Positions 12,694 to 27,108 of a stretch of 64,000 nt of DNA are shown in pieces (position 1 is the stretch's first letter; each line of letters starts with the position of its first letter). The position numbers and the translations under genes were made by a program. Below the pieces are notes generated by a model that ran no database searches, was not told the DNA's origin, and saw only the letters and a list, made by a program, of their open reading frames with translations. This DNA is from the human T2T-CHM13v2.0 reference genome, Homo sapiens, in NCBI RefSeq assembly GCF_009914755.1, contig NC_060940.1; one strand, 5' to 3'.

Positions 12694-13619
12694 GCCCTTG
12701 TCTCTGTCTTTCTATAACTCACTTAATTAATCAACTGGCCTAACCCACTCACTCTGGACATAAGGTCAAAACACATTCACCCAACACTTGCATGAACGCA
12801 CAGCATTATATCAGAGGACAGATATTTAAAAGCTGATATTTATATTCATAAAAATGTCTATTATCAGCCTTGCCCAGGCCAATTTTGAGAGCATATTTTA
12901 AGGATAGGAAGCTCTTTCCATGAGCAATCAGAGTTTATGTCAGGCCTTCTATCCATATGAGGAAATGAGCATCATTATAAGCCTGCTCTAGGGATTGCAA
13001 TGTTCCCAAACATTATTGTTACACAGTCAACAGTTATAATGAGTAAGGCACTCATTGCTCGCCAGTAAGTGGCACTGTCCTTTCTGTTCTCTTCTGAGTC
13101 AATCTCTTTATTGTTTTCACTCCTTTGGTAGAGATTGTTTTAATATGTCCTATTCCTGAGCAAATTCTCTCAGCTCATCTTCAAAATTCTGAAATTCCGC
13201 TTGTGTTCCTGCTGGACCATGTTTATTTATAAGGTCACAAAAGGTTTCTTTAAGCTAAATCAAGCTGGGTAGCATTTCTGTGCCTGAAGTTTTCTATAAG
13301 CAATATCTGCAACAAGACAGAGTGGATTTTAAATCATTCGTGAGAGACTGAGCTCCATGTCCAGGCTGACCCTAAGGATATTTCTCGCCTGTTTTATTTT
13401 TTTATGTTGAATGACATAATGGATGTGAAAGTTCTTTGTGAACCATAAAGACCTTTCTAATGTAGGGGATTATGACGATGATCTCAGAGTTTGGGAACAT
13501 CCTGTGTTCTCAGGTTTCTTTTATTCTCCATTTTCCAGGGGTCAACAGATTCTAAAGAAGAACAGGAATTTTTTCCAAGACCTCCTATTTCATTTTGGAT
13601 AGAAGAGAATATAATTAAT

Positions 13620-14250
13620 AACACAGCTATTCATTCAATTATTTATAAAATATTTATTGGACACTTTCTATGTGTCAAGCATTGAACCAGGGTGCTGGGG
13701 AAAAAAATGACATAAAAGCACAGTTCTTGTCCTTAAGGAGATTAACATAATTTGGTTCTTACTCTGTGACAGGCACAGAGCTGAATACTTCACACACATT
13801 ATCTCTATTAGTCTTCAGAACGATACTAAGTTAATTACATTATCCACATTTTACAAATAACATGTAAAAACAAAAACAACCATGTCAATGATGAACACTT
13901 ATTGAGTAGTGCTCACTGTGGGTCAGGTAGTGACCTAAATGCTTTATAAGCATCTCAATGAATCCTCAAAATATCCTTAAGAGGATTACATTATTCCTAT
14001 TTCCCAACTAATAACTAACATTTATTGACCACTTAATGTTGGTAAGGCACGGCCCTAAGCACTTTACATGCATTATCTCATTTAATTTTTTAAGAACATC
14101 ATGAAGGAGATACCACTATTAGCCAAGTGCTTAGACTCCAAGTACTTAAGGAACATGCCCAGGCTCATACAGCTGGAATTAGTAGAGTTGACACTCAAAC
14201 TGAGTTCAGTATAAAGCCCACAGCCTAAAGCATGCCACTAGACTGCCTCT
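13620..14250 (-). mobile_element. L2 fragment followed by a cluster of MIR fragments
   Basis: attcattcaa...atttattg...tgtgtcaagcattg (L2); repeated acatttattga...ctaagcactttacatgcattatctcattta (MIR). Confidence 0.7.
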
Positions 14251-15328
14251 CACAAACATATTTTATTCCCAGGATAACTGACTCTCAGAGGAAAAACAAA
14301 CAAAAAGATGTCAAGGCACACATCACAGCCAACATTAAAGAGGGACTGTTGGGAAATAAATCTGAAAGCAGATAACTGCCTTTATTCACTTTTCAGTTTT
14401 TTTGGATCGTTGGTGGCTTTGAGTTTTCAAATATAGACTGCAATTTATCTTAATTTACTATGGGATTTGTACCATTAATAAATATAGTCTAATAAATAAC
14501 TACAAAGAAAAACAAGGCTTTAACCCTTGAATCTTCCTTAGCTCATTGCTGATACCAGTGTTTTCTAAGTAAACTGCCAAGCACTTTACGTATAACCATA
14601 CACCTTCCAGGAAGTGATCTCTTGCCAACTAGAAGATTCTGATGAGTCTCACTGATCCTCTCCCCAAATTTTATTTAAAGGTGGGGTCTCTATAAATTTC
14701 AATCACTTTTTCCCTACAGGAAAATGTATTGCTTCTAAAATGCAGCAATATGAGAATTTTTTCACCATGATTATATTCTATACGCAATGTTTAATAAATG
14801 CATTAAGTTAATGCTTAGTTGAGGTTGACATTAGATCTTTAAACACACACATCAAGTCTGAAAGCTCAATCAAAAGCTATTGGCATAGTGATGTGCTATA
14901 AATCCAAGACAATTAGAACTATTCTACAAATAATATTCCAGTGTGGGGCCAGGAAGAAGAATGTTACCTTAAATTCCAGAACCTTCTAGAAGCTTCCACG
15001 TCTCCACATTTGGTCTTTTAGGCTGCTAATGATCTTGGTGTGGTATGTTGGAATGGGAAATGGACTTAGACTCAGAAAGTCTGGCTTCTACCCCCATGCA
15101 CTAGTTGAGTTACATTGCACGAACCACCCTCCCACTCTGTACCCTACTTTCTCATCTGTGAAATGAGGGTAAACATTGTGTCCATATCACACAGTTGCCT
15201 GGAGCATCAAATTAGACAAATGTTAATTATTACTATTATAACATTTATGGGTTGTTTCCCATTTACCACATATGAGGATTATGTGCTTTAGGTAGTAATC
15301 CCATTAAATCATTAAAATAACTTCATGA

Positions 15329-15471
15329 GGCCAGATGCGGTGCCTCCACCTGTAATCCCAGCATTTTGGAGGGTGGAGGTGGGTGGATCACCTGAGGTCA
15401 GGAGTTTGAGACCAGCCTGGCCAACACAGTGAAACCCCCTCTCTACTAAAAGAAAATAAAAAATAAAAAAC
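15329..15471 (+). mobile_element. Alu left monomer only (AluS-type), inserted in a MIR
   Basis: ggccagatgcgg...ctctactaaaa plus A-rich tail; 15-bp TSD aaaataact(t/c)catga. Confidence 0.85.
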
Positions 15472-15789
15472 AAAATAACTCCATGAAGTAGGAACTATTT
15501 TTCTCCTTATGGTACCCATAAGGGAAAGTGAAGTCAGGAAGTACACAGTAGTCACAATGGGACAGAGATGGGATTGTTAGAAAGACGCCAACAGACACAA
15601 TTAGAAAAGGTGATGACTAAGATTAAAGAAATTTTCAGAGACTTCAACAAGGAAACATCTAACACAGAATGCTCCAACAAGAGGTACGTCACCCAGATAA
15701 TAATGCTCTCCATAGGACACACACCAATGGGTATTATCACCCGCCCCCGGCAGAATCTACATTCTGTTAAGTGCAACAAGCATAATTAG

Positions 15790-16190
15790 GACAAGGATGC
15801 AAAATTTAAGGAGACACCAAAAAGCTTAATAATCAAGACGAACAACATTTAATGCTATTTTGTTTTGTTTTGTTTTGTTTTGTTTTGAGACAGGGTCTCA
15901 TTCTGTCACCCAGGCCGGAGTGCAGTGGCAATCACCACTCACAATGCAACCTACCTCTGCCTCCTGGGCTTAAGCAATCCTCCCAGCTCAGCCTGCTAAG
16001 TAGCTGGGACTATAGGCGTGCACCACTGCACCCAGCTATTTTTTGTATTTGTTTTTTAGAGACAGGGTTTCACGTGTTTCCCAGGTTGTTAATGCAATAT
16101 TTTTAAAGTAAAAATTACTGCAAAACATCCATGATGAACAAAACATGAAAAACTTAAATAAAGACAGGTTCTGACCCTACACAGCACAGC
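15790..16190. mobile_element. MER96B-like hAT element split by an AluJ
   Basis: tgcaaaatttaaggag...aataatcaaga...ttaatgc|Alu|ttaatgcaatatt...ccatgatgaacaaaa...aaataaagacagg. Confidence 0.65.
15858..16088 (-). mobile_element. 5'-truncated AluJ with (TTTTG)n tail
   Basis: gagacagggtctc...ctcctgggcttaagcaatcctcc (J diagnostics); TSD ttaatgc. Confidence 0.9.
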
Positions 16191-16495
16191 TAATTTCAAC
16201 ACTGTTGATTAGTGGGTTTGATTTTTTTTCTCAATAATTTTCCCTTTACCATTCAGTCAAATCAGTTTTAAGACCTCCTTGTACCTCCTCTCTCTATCTC
16301 CCCATCTCCTGTTTGCCTCTTCATAGTACTCTAGTTTTAGGCTTGGCTGCCTGTCAGGTGCAAGTAACAGGTGAAAAACAATTCAGGCACAATGTAGTGT
16401 TTACTGAGAGTCTGCATAAGGCTAAGTTCAGCTTCCTAGTCCTGGAAATACGACACATACTGCAGGTCCAGAATTAAGGCTCTTCTGCCTTAATT

Positions 16496-16612
16496 CTGCC
16501 AGAAATAATATAGGATGCCCAGTTAAATTTGAATTTCAGATGAACAACAATTTTTGGTATGGGTATATCCCATGCAAAATTTTGGCATATTTATGCTAAA
16601 ACATTTACCAAA
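16496..16612. mobile_element. MER53 fragment (hAT MITE)
   Basis: ggatgcccagttaaatttgaatttcagatgaacaac...atcccatgcaa. Confidence 0.75.
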
Positions 16613-17744
16613 AATACATAAATTTTCTTGGCTGCAAAATGGAATAGAATAGGCCAGAACAATACAGAATAAAAAGGTCAGAAGTTCAAATGTAATGGGA
16701 TGGCATAGAATAGAATGGCTAGCAATAAAATACAATTGCCCAGAATGACATAGAATGGGATGGAGGAGAAGAAAATGGAAAAGGGGGGAATGAAATAGAA
16801 CAGATGCCTGATATCTAGTTTGTTTCAGTGCATTGTCATTTCTTTACACTTGTGAAATTCACAAAGGATGGGTTTGAATAACTGCTCCCCGAGAGCCATA
16901 GTAGCTCAGGCTGAGTTTTGCAGATCAAAATAGAGGAAGAGGCCCCTCAATCCTGAAGACCCTCTGTTCAGAATATCCAGAACCAGGAATCTTCTTTTAT
17001 TTCCAGGTGGGAGAGGAGCTGGGAAATTCCACACTGTAGATGGTTCCCTTTTAAGTTATCTCTTCCTTGGATAACTCATGCTCAAGCCTCTTCCTAATGC
17101 TCGATATGAGACATCTACAGGACAAAGTGATTTTGAAGTAAAATCACATGCAGAGTTTTGGCTTTGGTTAATCTGTCTATAAACTTCAGAAACACTATGT
17201 TGAAAGACTTGGATGTTGCAAAGGAAGCATTTTAATTTGACTCATAGTTGTCTAGTATCTTCGGAGGAGGCACAAACAGTTCCAAAGAACATGCTGCCAA
17301 GAGCTCCCCCGGGGTCAGCTTTAGAGCCAGGATTGTCATCCTCCCATGAGGGACTTGATCCTGCATCACCACGACATCCTTGGAGACCATGTCCTTAAAT
17401 GGTAGTCTGTGAGCCTGGAAACCAAAAAGGGAGATGAAGCCCAAGCAGACCAGTCTATTTAAAGGTGCTGGTGGGAATAGGAAGATCCCTGGTGGATTAA
17501 GAGAGTCAAAGAGTCTCTATGACAGGACCACAGACATCTCACCAGCTCCCCCGGCCTTGAGTTTACCCTTCTCAAGACCCACAGAAAGTCCAAATTTATC
17601 AAAGGAGTATGCTAAGGACCAGATAAAACCCAGAGCCCAGAATTTCAGCTGATAGAATTTTGTTAATGTGATTATTACAGCACGTGTGTATTTTGTGTGT
17701 TCTGAAGCATGTTGGCATGCGTTACTATGTGATACTCACAGTAA

Positions 17745-18112
<368 letters not shown>

Positions 18113-19347
18113 TTTCAGATGAAGTTTCTAATGTCCAGAGGGGTTTAATGTCTTGCCCATATCTATGCAGTTGGTAATTAGCAGGGCTGGGACCATGTCT
18201 TGGGTCTTCCAGCTGGATTGCTTGGGGACAGTGCAGTACCTCCTGCTACTTGTCTTGGACATCCTGGAAAATAGGCTTCTCTTCATGGGTTCAATCACCA
18301 TTTGACCACCCAAGACCCCTCCTTCTCCTTGCTACAATGGCCAGAATTCCTCTCACATCAGCTGTTCTCAGCACAATGCCTCCCCTAAACATCCTTCTCC
18401 ATGATATTAATGCACAGTGGTTTCAGGTAACAGGTCCAGGAGTCAGACTGCCTCCGTGTGAATCTTGGCCCTGCCGATTATTATCTGTATTACATTCCAT
18501 GAGTTACCTACCCTGTCTTATCTGTGTAACAGGGATGGCAGGACCTACCTCATAGAATTGGTGTGAGGATTACATCTCTAAGAATGGGACCAGACACAAA
18601 AGAAATGCTTAATATTACCCCAGTCCTGAAGCCCTATGGACTTTCAATTCATCATGGATGATTTTGGAAAACTACTGACATATCAAAAAAGATTAACAAT
18701 GTCTGTGAAGGAAAGAAGGAAATGCAGATGGTAAGAAAATTCCTTCAGAGATACGTCCTCATTTTTTTTGGTATATTTACTTCATTTTCCAATAAGCCAG
18801 CAATGTTTCATAGTCATGCATTCAACATTTGAAAGACAGAGGGCAATGACCAAAAGCAAGATGTTCAGAATATCTTTGTAAGACATTAAACTCCAGGACT
18901 CTGCTAGTTATTCTGTTATTCAGCTCAGTCTCCCAGCAGAACTCATGCTGGTAACCCTGATTCACACTAATATGTTGCTTTTAGTGAGCATCTTATATAA
19001 GCCAACCTTGCTGCTAAGCATTTTACATCAATTTATGATTCAGATCACAACTCTATGGGACAGGGAGTTTTTGCCCCGTTTTACAGATGGGAAAACTGAG
19101 ACTCACAGAAGGGTCACATAATAATATGTGGCAAGACAGAGCCCAAACCTACCTCTGTCTAATGCCAAAAGCCTAGTGGTTAAGCACCACACCATGCATG
19201 TTACACCATCTCTTCTCAAGAATAAGCTCAGCTAATTACTAAATCAATTATTTAATAAGCAAAAAGATCCCCATTTTTAACCCGGTATATGAAACAGATA
19301 ATAATATAAAAAGGAGCTTCTGTGGATAAACCAGGGGTTGGGCTCCA

Positions 19348-19950
19348 CATTAGTTTACTGTTGTCTATAAAAAGTTGACACTAATTTAGCTGCTTAAACC
19401 AACACCCATTAACTAGCTCACAGTTCTGTAAGTCACAATCGCAGGGGGACTTGGATAGAGTCTCTGCTTTGGGTCTCAAAAGCCAAAATCAAGTTGTTGG
19501 CCAGGCTGGGCACTTATCTGGAGACTCTGGAGAAGGGTCCCCTTCCACACTTGTTCAGGCTGTAGGTAGAATTCAGTACCTTAGGATTACAAGAATGCTG
19601 TCTCCGTTTCCTTGCTGGCTGTCAGCATGTGGTCGCTCTCTGCTCCTAGAAACCACCCACCTTCCTTCTCACGTGGCTTCCTCAAACTCCAAAGCAGCAA
19701 TGGTGCGTCAAATCCTTCTCATGTTCCTAACGTCTCTGACTTCCTCTTCTGCTACCAGCCAAAGGCAACTCTCTGCTTTCAAAGTGTTCCCCTTAGTGGG
19801 GCAGGATCCTGTGCATAATGTTGGTATCTTAAGGTCACCTGACTTGGGATTTGAATTACATCTGCAAATTCCCTTCACAGCACTAACTAGATCAGTGTTG
19901 GATCGAATAGACAGGGGATGGAAATCTTTGGTGGCTATCTTAGCATTTCT
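19348..19950 (-). mobile_element. MLT1E/F-like MaLR LTR
   Basis: gctcacagttctgtaagtca...aaatcaagttgttggccaggctg...gtagaattcagtacctt...ttacatctgcaaattcccttcacagca. Confidence 0.75.
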
Positions 19951-20060
19951 CTTTACGAAACGACCCAAACTCCACATGCCTACCTGCCTGTAGCAGCCCC
20001 AAAAGTGCCCTAGAACCCTCTAGAACACAGTTTAATAAACCTGCTTTTTGTACTCTAAAT

Positions 20061-20406
20061 CAGGGCTTCACAACCTCAACACTACTGACATTTGGGGTCA
20101 GATAGCTTTTTTTTTTTAAACCTTGAATATGTACAATTTTTATTTCTTAATTACACCTCAGTAAAGCTGAAAAAACTAACCAGATTGAAAGGATAAACTC
20201 ACAGTTCTATAATGATAGTTCTTTCATTATCAAGAATAATTATTCTCAATGACAATTCTATTCTGTGCATTGTAGGATGTTTTGCAGCATCCTTGGCCTC
20301 GACCCACTAGACAATGAGCACTTCCAGCGGTAACAATCAAAAATGTCTCCAGATATTGCCAAATGTCCCCGGGAGGCAACGTCACCACCAGCTGAAGACC
20401 ATGGTC
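20061..20406 (+). mobile_element. MER20 (hAT-Charlie) with an internal ~150-bp insertion
   Basis: caacctcaacactactgacatttgggg...cattgtaggatgtt...aaaaatgtctccagatattgccaaatgtcccc. Confidence 0.85.
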
Positions 20407-20685
20407 TAGATTAAAATGCAGAGAAGCAGAGCATTTTGTTTCCAGAGACCTAGTGAACTAATTGTGCAGAAAAAGGCATAAATTTGTAAAAGTTTAAGGA
20501 ACATTTCAGAACTTAAACCAAAGGCAAAGGTACAGAAACAGTGGTGACAGAAGCTGTGCGCCTGGCTGCTAAGCAAGTGCCATTTACAGATAATAGAAGA
20601 ACTTCAGGAAATGGGAAGGTTGGTGTGTAATCCCATTAGAACAGTCCAGGAAAGTCTCATGAAGGAGGAAAAGGCCAGAATTGTA

Positions 20686-20990
<305 letters not shown>

Positions 20991-21143
20991 CAGAATTGTA
21001 TTTTAAAATGAATAATGCCACTTCCAGGTTCATCCCAGAGGCCAAGAAGAGAAATGTGCAAAAATGTCGTTGGTATTTTAGAAATATTGAAAGCTTGGAG
21101 ACAACCTAGATGTACATGAACAGGGGAAAGGGTAAAGCAGTGG

Positions 21144-21288
21144 TGTATTAATGAGAGTTCATCAGAGAAACAGAACCAATAGAACCTATATATAGTGTGT
21201 ATATATGTACACACAAAATATATGTGTGTGTGTGTATATATATAGATATACATATACAGTATATATTTATATTTGTATATATACAATA

Positions 21289-21335
<47 letters not shown>

Positions 21336-21828
21336 TGTGTGTGTGTATAGGGTGGGAAGTATTTATTATAAGGAATTGGTTCATGCAATTATAGACACTG
21401 ACAAGTCCCAAGATCTGCAGTTATCACACTAGAGGACCAGGAAAGCCAAGGGTTTAGTTCCAGTCCCAGTCCTAAGGCCTAAGAACGAGGAGCTGATAGC
21501 GTATTTCCAGTCCAAACATCAGCAGGCTCAAAACCCAATGTTTCAGTTCAAGAGCCCAGGCTTCCGTTCAAGCCAAAGGCAGGAAAACACTGATGTCCCA
21601 GCTTCATGCAGTCAGGCAGGAGGACATTTTCTCAGCTATTTTGTTCTATTCAGGCCTTCAACTGATTGGATGAGGCCCACCCACATTGGGGCAACCTGCT
21701 TTACTCAGTCTATCAATGTAAATGTTCAACTCATCCAAAAACACCCTCCCGGAAGCATCCAGAATAATGCTGACCAAATGTCAAACCCCGTGGCCCAATT
21801 AAGTTGACACATACAATTAACCATCACA
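21144..21828 (-). mobile_element. MLT2 (C/D-like) ERVL LTR
   Basis: tgtattaatgagagttcatcagagaaacagaaccaatag...aagttgacacatacaattaaccatcaca. Confidence 0.85.
21188..21349. repeat. Compound (TA)n/(TG)n microsatellite inside MLT2
   Basis: Pure TA run ~21292-21332 flanked by TG runs. Confidence 0.95.
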
Positions 21829-22549
21829 AATGGATTCATTCATGCAGAGGAAGACCATGCAGCCATTTTTTTAATGCAATAAATGCATATATTCTGATCC
21901 AGGAGAATGTCCACAATGTGTTATCTGTTTAAAACAAACGTCAACTTGCAGAAGAGTATGTATACTATGGTCCCACACGCATAAAAGAGAAAGTAAACTA
22001 TATGAAACAACATATACATATGCACTTTTAAAGAATGTGTGTATAAACACAGAAAAATTCTAGAAGGATACACAGCAGACTCAGTGGTTTTCTATCCCCT
22101 CCTCCTCCCACACAGAGTACGGGGTATGTGTGCCTTACTGGAGACTTTCGTTTTTTATGTAAATCACTGAAATGTGCTAGGTGCTTGCTAAATGCTCAGC
22201 ACCAGGCTAGCAAGCTACATGCACACTGTCAATTAATACGCATCACAATCCCATAAAAATGCTTCCTCTGTCTTACAGGGGACACAGAACTAAGGCCTAG
22301 GGAGGGTGAATAACTGTCTCAAGTTCACTAGCTTAGGATACCACGGAGCCACTCCTCCATGACAGGTCTGTCTGACCCATGACAGAGTACTGCCCATAAT
22401 GTACTGTCTCTACAAAGAGACAGTTTTCATGTTAAAAATAAATATGTTCATTATATATTTTATTCTTTAACATAGAATATATATGTATGTATATATGTTT
22501 ATAGTTGATGTACCTATATTACCCCTATTTTTTTTTAAGATACATTTTC

Positions 22550-22888
<339 letters not shown>

Positions 22889-23346
22889 TAAAAATAGATA
22901 AGATCTGGGAAAGGAGAAAGCAAAAGCAAATTAACTCGGGGGAAATTTTTTTTAACTGTTTTATTTTGCGTCTCCCCAGAAGCAGAGCCTAAGTACAAGG
23001 ACTTAGATGCATGATTTGCTTGTTTGGGAGATGATCCAGAGAAGGAGGAAAAGCCGAGATAAGGAAACACACAGGCTCACTGCTGCAGACACCAGGGTTT
23101 GATTCTTCTGGGATCTCTGAACAGTAGGTAAAGGAGGAAAAGCTGGGTACTTTTCCACTGGCTTCCATCCCGCCTTTGTGAAGGGTTAGCCCCAGGGGGG
23201 TTAACTCCCCAGGAGAGAAAGCTTGATGTGGGATTCTGTCATTTGAGGTGTGTCTCACCTGAAGTTGAAAGAGAATTAGATCAAGGAGATGCAAGACAAG
23301 GAGCCAAAGAACTCTGTTACATATACCACTTAAAAAATCACCTGAA

Positions 23347-23467
23347 GGATCGCTTGAACCCAGGAGTTCAAGGCTGCAGTGAGCCGTGATTTTGCCACTA
23401 CACTCCAGCCTGGGCAACAGAGTGAGACCCTGTCTTAAAAGAAAAAGAAAAGAAAAAAAGGCAAAAG
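23347..23467 (+). mobile_element. 5'-truncated AluJ/FRAM right-arm fragment
   Basis: ggatcgcttgaacccaggagttcaaggctgcagtgagc...; perfect 13-bp TSD aaaatcacctgaa. Confidence 0.9.
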
Positions 23468-24484
23468 AAAATCACCTGAAAGGGGATCTATAGATCACTT
23501 TTGTTTTTGTTTTTCTAAGCAGTCTTTTTTCTAAGAAAAAAATACAGAAAGTAGCACAGAGTATTCGTGTGAGCCAACCCTGACGGGTAACCCGTTGAAG
23601 TACATTTCCGAATGAACGCTGCTGGGAGAGAGGGGCACACAGCCAGCAGATAAGGTTGCAGGGGGATGAAGCCATAACACAGAGCATAGCTTTTTCTTTG
23701 TGGGGAGGCCTTTCAGATGCTGGTGATGAACCATGCAAGCTCCATTGCTCTGAAGTCAGGCTCACAGAAAGGAACAAACGGCAGGGAGAGGTTTACATCA
23801 AATTGCATCTGAACTTTCAACTACAGTCCTCCTAACAGCTGCCTTGGGTAAGAATCCTGGCAAGTGCGTTTAAATTTTTATTCATGTGCAGACAGGAGAG
23901 GAGGTGAGGAAACAATTCTGAGATGAAGAACTCCAAATTATGAGAAGAATGCCAACTGTCAATAATCAAAATAATTCTTCTCTGCATAATCAACACCACA
24001 TCGGCACAGCTGCTGACGAAGAAACAATAAACACCAAATAAAAATAAAAATTTCTCTCTCTTTTTTTCATGCTACCTTACAAGGAAAATCTGTACTGGAG
24101 CAAGGCTTTGTGGAATAGTTCCTAAAACATGCAATCAACATTTTCTTGAAATTACAGCTGGCATCCTGTATCTAGCAAACTTCTTTCTTTCCACATTCTT
24201 ATTTATACCTTGTAGAGACAGCTTAACACTCAATTGCTAGTGCCATGTGTTTGACAATTGATTGTGTACTGCCCAATGGCACACCTGACTTTAGAGCATT
24301 GAGATTATATATGTACATGTGTGTCTCTGCTGTACATGATTAGGATCATGTGACACTGATCAGTTCCACAGGGTCATTAGGCAGGAGTCCCAAACTTGCT
24401 CTTTATTTCATAGGATGACATCAATCATAGTTTGAGGAGCAGCACAATCTCAGGTTTCTGAATTTAACTTCACAGGGTCCAGAG

Positions 24485-24730
24485 TCATTAGAGTGTAACA
24501 TATTGGCTCTGGACTCAGACAGCTGGGTTGGAATTACACACCACCATTCACTATCACATGACTTCAGAATGTCACTTGACCTCCGGAGGTCTCAATGTAT
24601 TCATCTGTAGAATGGGAATAAGAATACTCCCTCAGATGTTTGTTGTAGGAATTGTAAAGTAATTTGTGGAATATGTTCACACAAGGCATGGCTCACAGTG
24701 AGCACATGGCCAGTGTTAACTATTATAACT
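24485..24730 (+). mobile_element. MIR
   Basis: ggctctggactcagacagctgggtt...gtcacttgacctc...tcatctgtagaatgggaataa. Confidence 0.8.
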
Positions 24731-25645
24731 GCTCTGGGGTTGAGGAATAGTTCATCCCTCTGTCCTGAAATTCCTTCTATAACATAGTAATGGCCTACAC
24801 TCCCTTTGACTTAGAAGGATTTCTACTTTCTCCCTATTTACTATAACTTGGCTATTCATTTGATTGTGAATTGCCCAAAGAACTATTAATGTCTGGATTC
24901 CGTAGGGGTTACACGTAGTGGTGCAAGATGTTAAGGGTGCCCTAGGGAAATGAACACAAGTCTCCCACATCAAAGGGTGAAGATGCACTAGCTAGTTGAT
25001 TTAGCTCCTTTTCGGAACATATTCCCTTCATGTGCGTGGCTATAGTGTTGTGTGGGTGGCGCTAAAACTTGGAGATGATAGAGAACTATTCCTTCAAGGA
25101 AGAGATTCTCTTGAACTCTATTGGCGTTGGTCAAAAATGAACCCTTGTGAGACTGGCCGCCAAGGATCACATCGCAGAGGTAGTGCTATGTGTTTCTTCT
25201 TTTGGGGTACACAAAAAACTACATTTCCCAGATTCCCTTGGAGTTAGATTAGAACCATGTGGCCAATAGGATGTAAGTAAGAGAGACACTTTTGGGGCTT
25301 GTCTTAAAAATATCTAAAAATATTTCATCATGTCTTTGATGACCTTTCTTGTTATTCAGCACTCTAGACAGAGGGAAGAGAAAATGAAAAGGTCTTGAGA
25401 CAGAAACAAGGTGATGTGTTAGAAGCCTACCCAGAACTAAGCTTAAGGCCTCAAATATATACCTCAAAAAGGAGTGAGTTGAGAGAGGTGGGCAAGGGGT
25501 AACCCAGTTCATGAATTAATATATAAACACTATATTCATAGGACAGCACCTCAGCCTCTCATTCACAGCCCATTTGTTATTCTAACAAGTTTCATTATCT
25601 GGCTTCCAGATCCAGAACAAATTAGAGACGGCTAATTTGCTAATC

Positions 25646-25969
25646 TTTTTCTTTTCTGTTTTTTTGTTTGTTTGTTTGTTTGTTTTTCTGAGACAGAGTC
25701 TTGCTCTGTCGCCCAGGCTGGAATGTAGTGGCGCCATGTCAGCTCACTGCAACCTCCGCCTCCCAAGTTCAGCAATTCTCCTGCCTCAGCCTCCTGAGTA
25801 ACTGGAATTACAGGCGCTCACCACCACTCCCAGCTAATTTTGATATTTTTAGTAGAGAGGCGTTTCACCATGTTGGCCAGACTGGTCTCGAACTCCTGAC
25901 CTCAAGTGATTTGCCCGCCTGAGCCTCCCAAAGTGCTGGGATTACAGGCATGAGCCACCACGCCTGGCT
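25646..25969 (-). mobile_element. AluS with (TTTG)n tail
   Basis: Full dimer; flanking gctaatttg duplicated. Confidence 0.92.
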
Positions 25970-26839
25970 GAAGCAGCTAATTTGATGGGAGCACAGAACT
26001 GCTACAAGTAGACATACCCTCATCGATAAGATGAGGGTATTCTATCCCACCCACAAGCCCTCCACTTCTCATAGGTTTACAAGGCCATTCCCTTCGACTT
26101 TCCTCATACGACATGATGTCAATTCCCTTTTCACTTTAGCTCTCTCCTTTAAACCTCCTCTCATTCTCTTAAATCCTCTCACATCAAAATTTAATGCAAT
26201 GTTGCATGTGTGGCTCCGTCAACAATGATTGGAGCCTGTGTTTAAGAGGCAGCCACAAACTCAAACACTTCCAGGGACAGAAACGTAGAGTAACTGAATA
26301 AAGAAAGCAAGTACAAGACAACAAGAAATAGTGTGCCTCATGGTGAGTAAATGAAAAGAAAATGTCCAGCCAAAGCCATTCTTGCATCAATCACAAGAAG
26401 GGATCCAATATTCTGACCCAGATGATTTGTGTAAGTCAGTCGAGACATGGCATGTTTGCCCAATATGTCTGAAAGAAAGAATGGATATTTCATATTTTAG
26501 GGAAAAATGTCTTCATCCCTGCTGTTGGACACAAACAAAGAAGCATGAGCCGTCATCTTGCCACTGGCCACCACCTTACAACCCTGAGGAGCAGGACCCG
26601 CATTGAGAAAATCAGGATGGAAACATGGAAGGCACCTGCATCCTTGATGATGCCACGAATCGCTGAACCAACCAGTCCTAGAGCGTACCCTAACTTTAAT
26701 TTCTGTATGAGAACAAATGTTTCATTGTTTAAGACAGTTTGAGTTGGGACTTCTCATCCCACCCTCAGCAGCATCCTAGAAAACACAGAATTCCATTTGT
26801 AAGTGCTGTGATAACCAAATAAGACTTGCTCAGGAGCAA

Positions 26840-27108
26840 GACAGAACCCATGGGCACTTGAAATGTGAGCTATACTGTGAGCAAATACTCCCGGATTTTG
26901 AAAGACTTAGTGAAGAAAAAAAAAATTAAGGATCTCATTAATACACTTTTTATATCCATTACATCTCAAAACAATAATATTTTCTGTATGTTGTTTTAAA
27001 TAAAATATATTCAAGTCAATTCGCCTATTTCTTATCTTTTTTAATTTGCTTACTAGAAAATTTAATATTACGTACGTATTCACATTGTATTTCTATTAGA
27101 CAGCACTG
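26840..27108. mobile_element. MER33/MER3-like hAT-Charlie MITE
   Basis: gcacttgaaatgtg...ccggattttgaaagacttagt...ctagaaaatttaa...tttctattagacagcactg. Confidence 0.8.

Larger units (their letters stand above)
21000..22200 (+). mobile_element. Old L1M 3' region interrupted by MLT2
   Basis: ggagacaacctagatgtacat...; resumes at 21829 cattcatgcagaggaagaccatgcagcca...tctagaaggatacac. Confidence 0.6.

Noticed and set aside
19451-19993. 180-aa ORF
   Set aside because: Lies within an MLT1 LTR; chance open frame.
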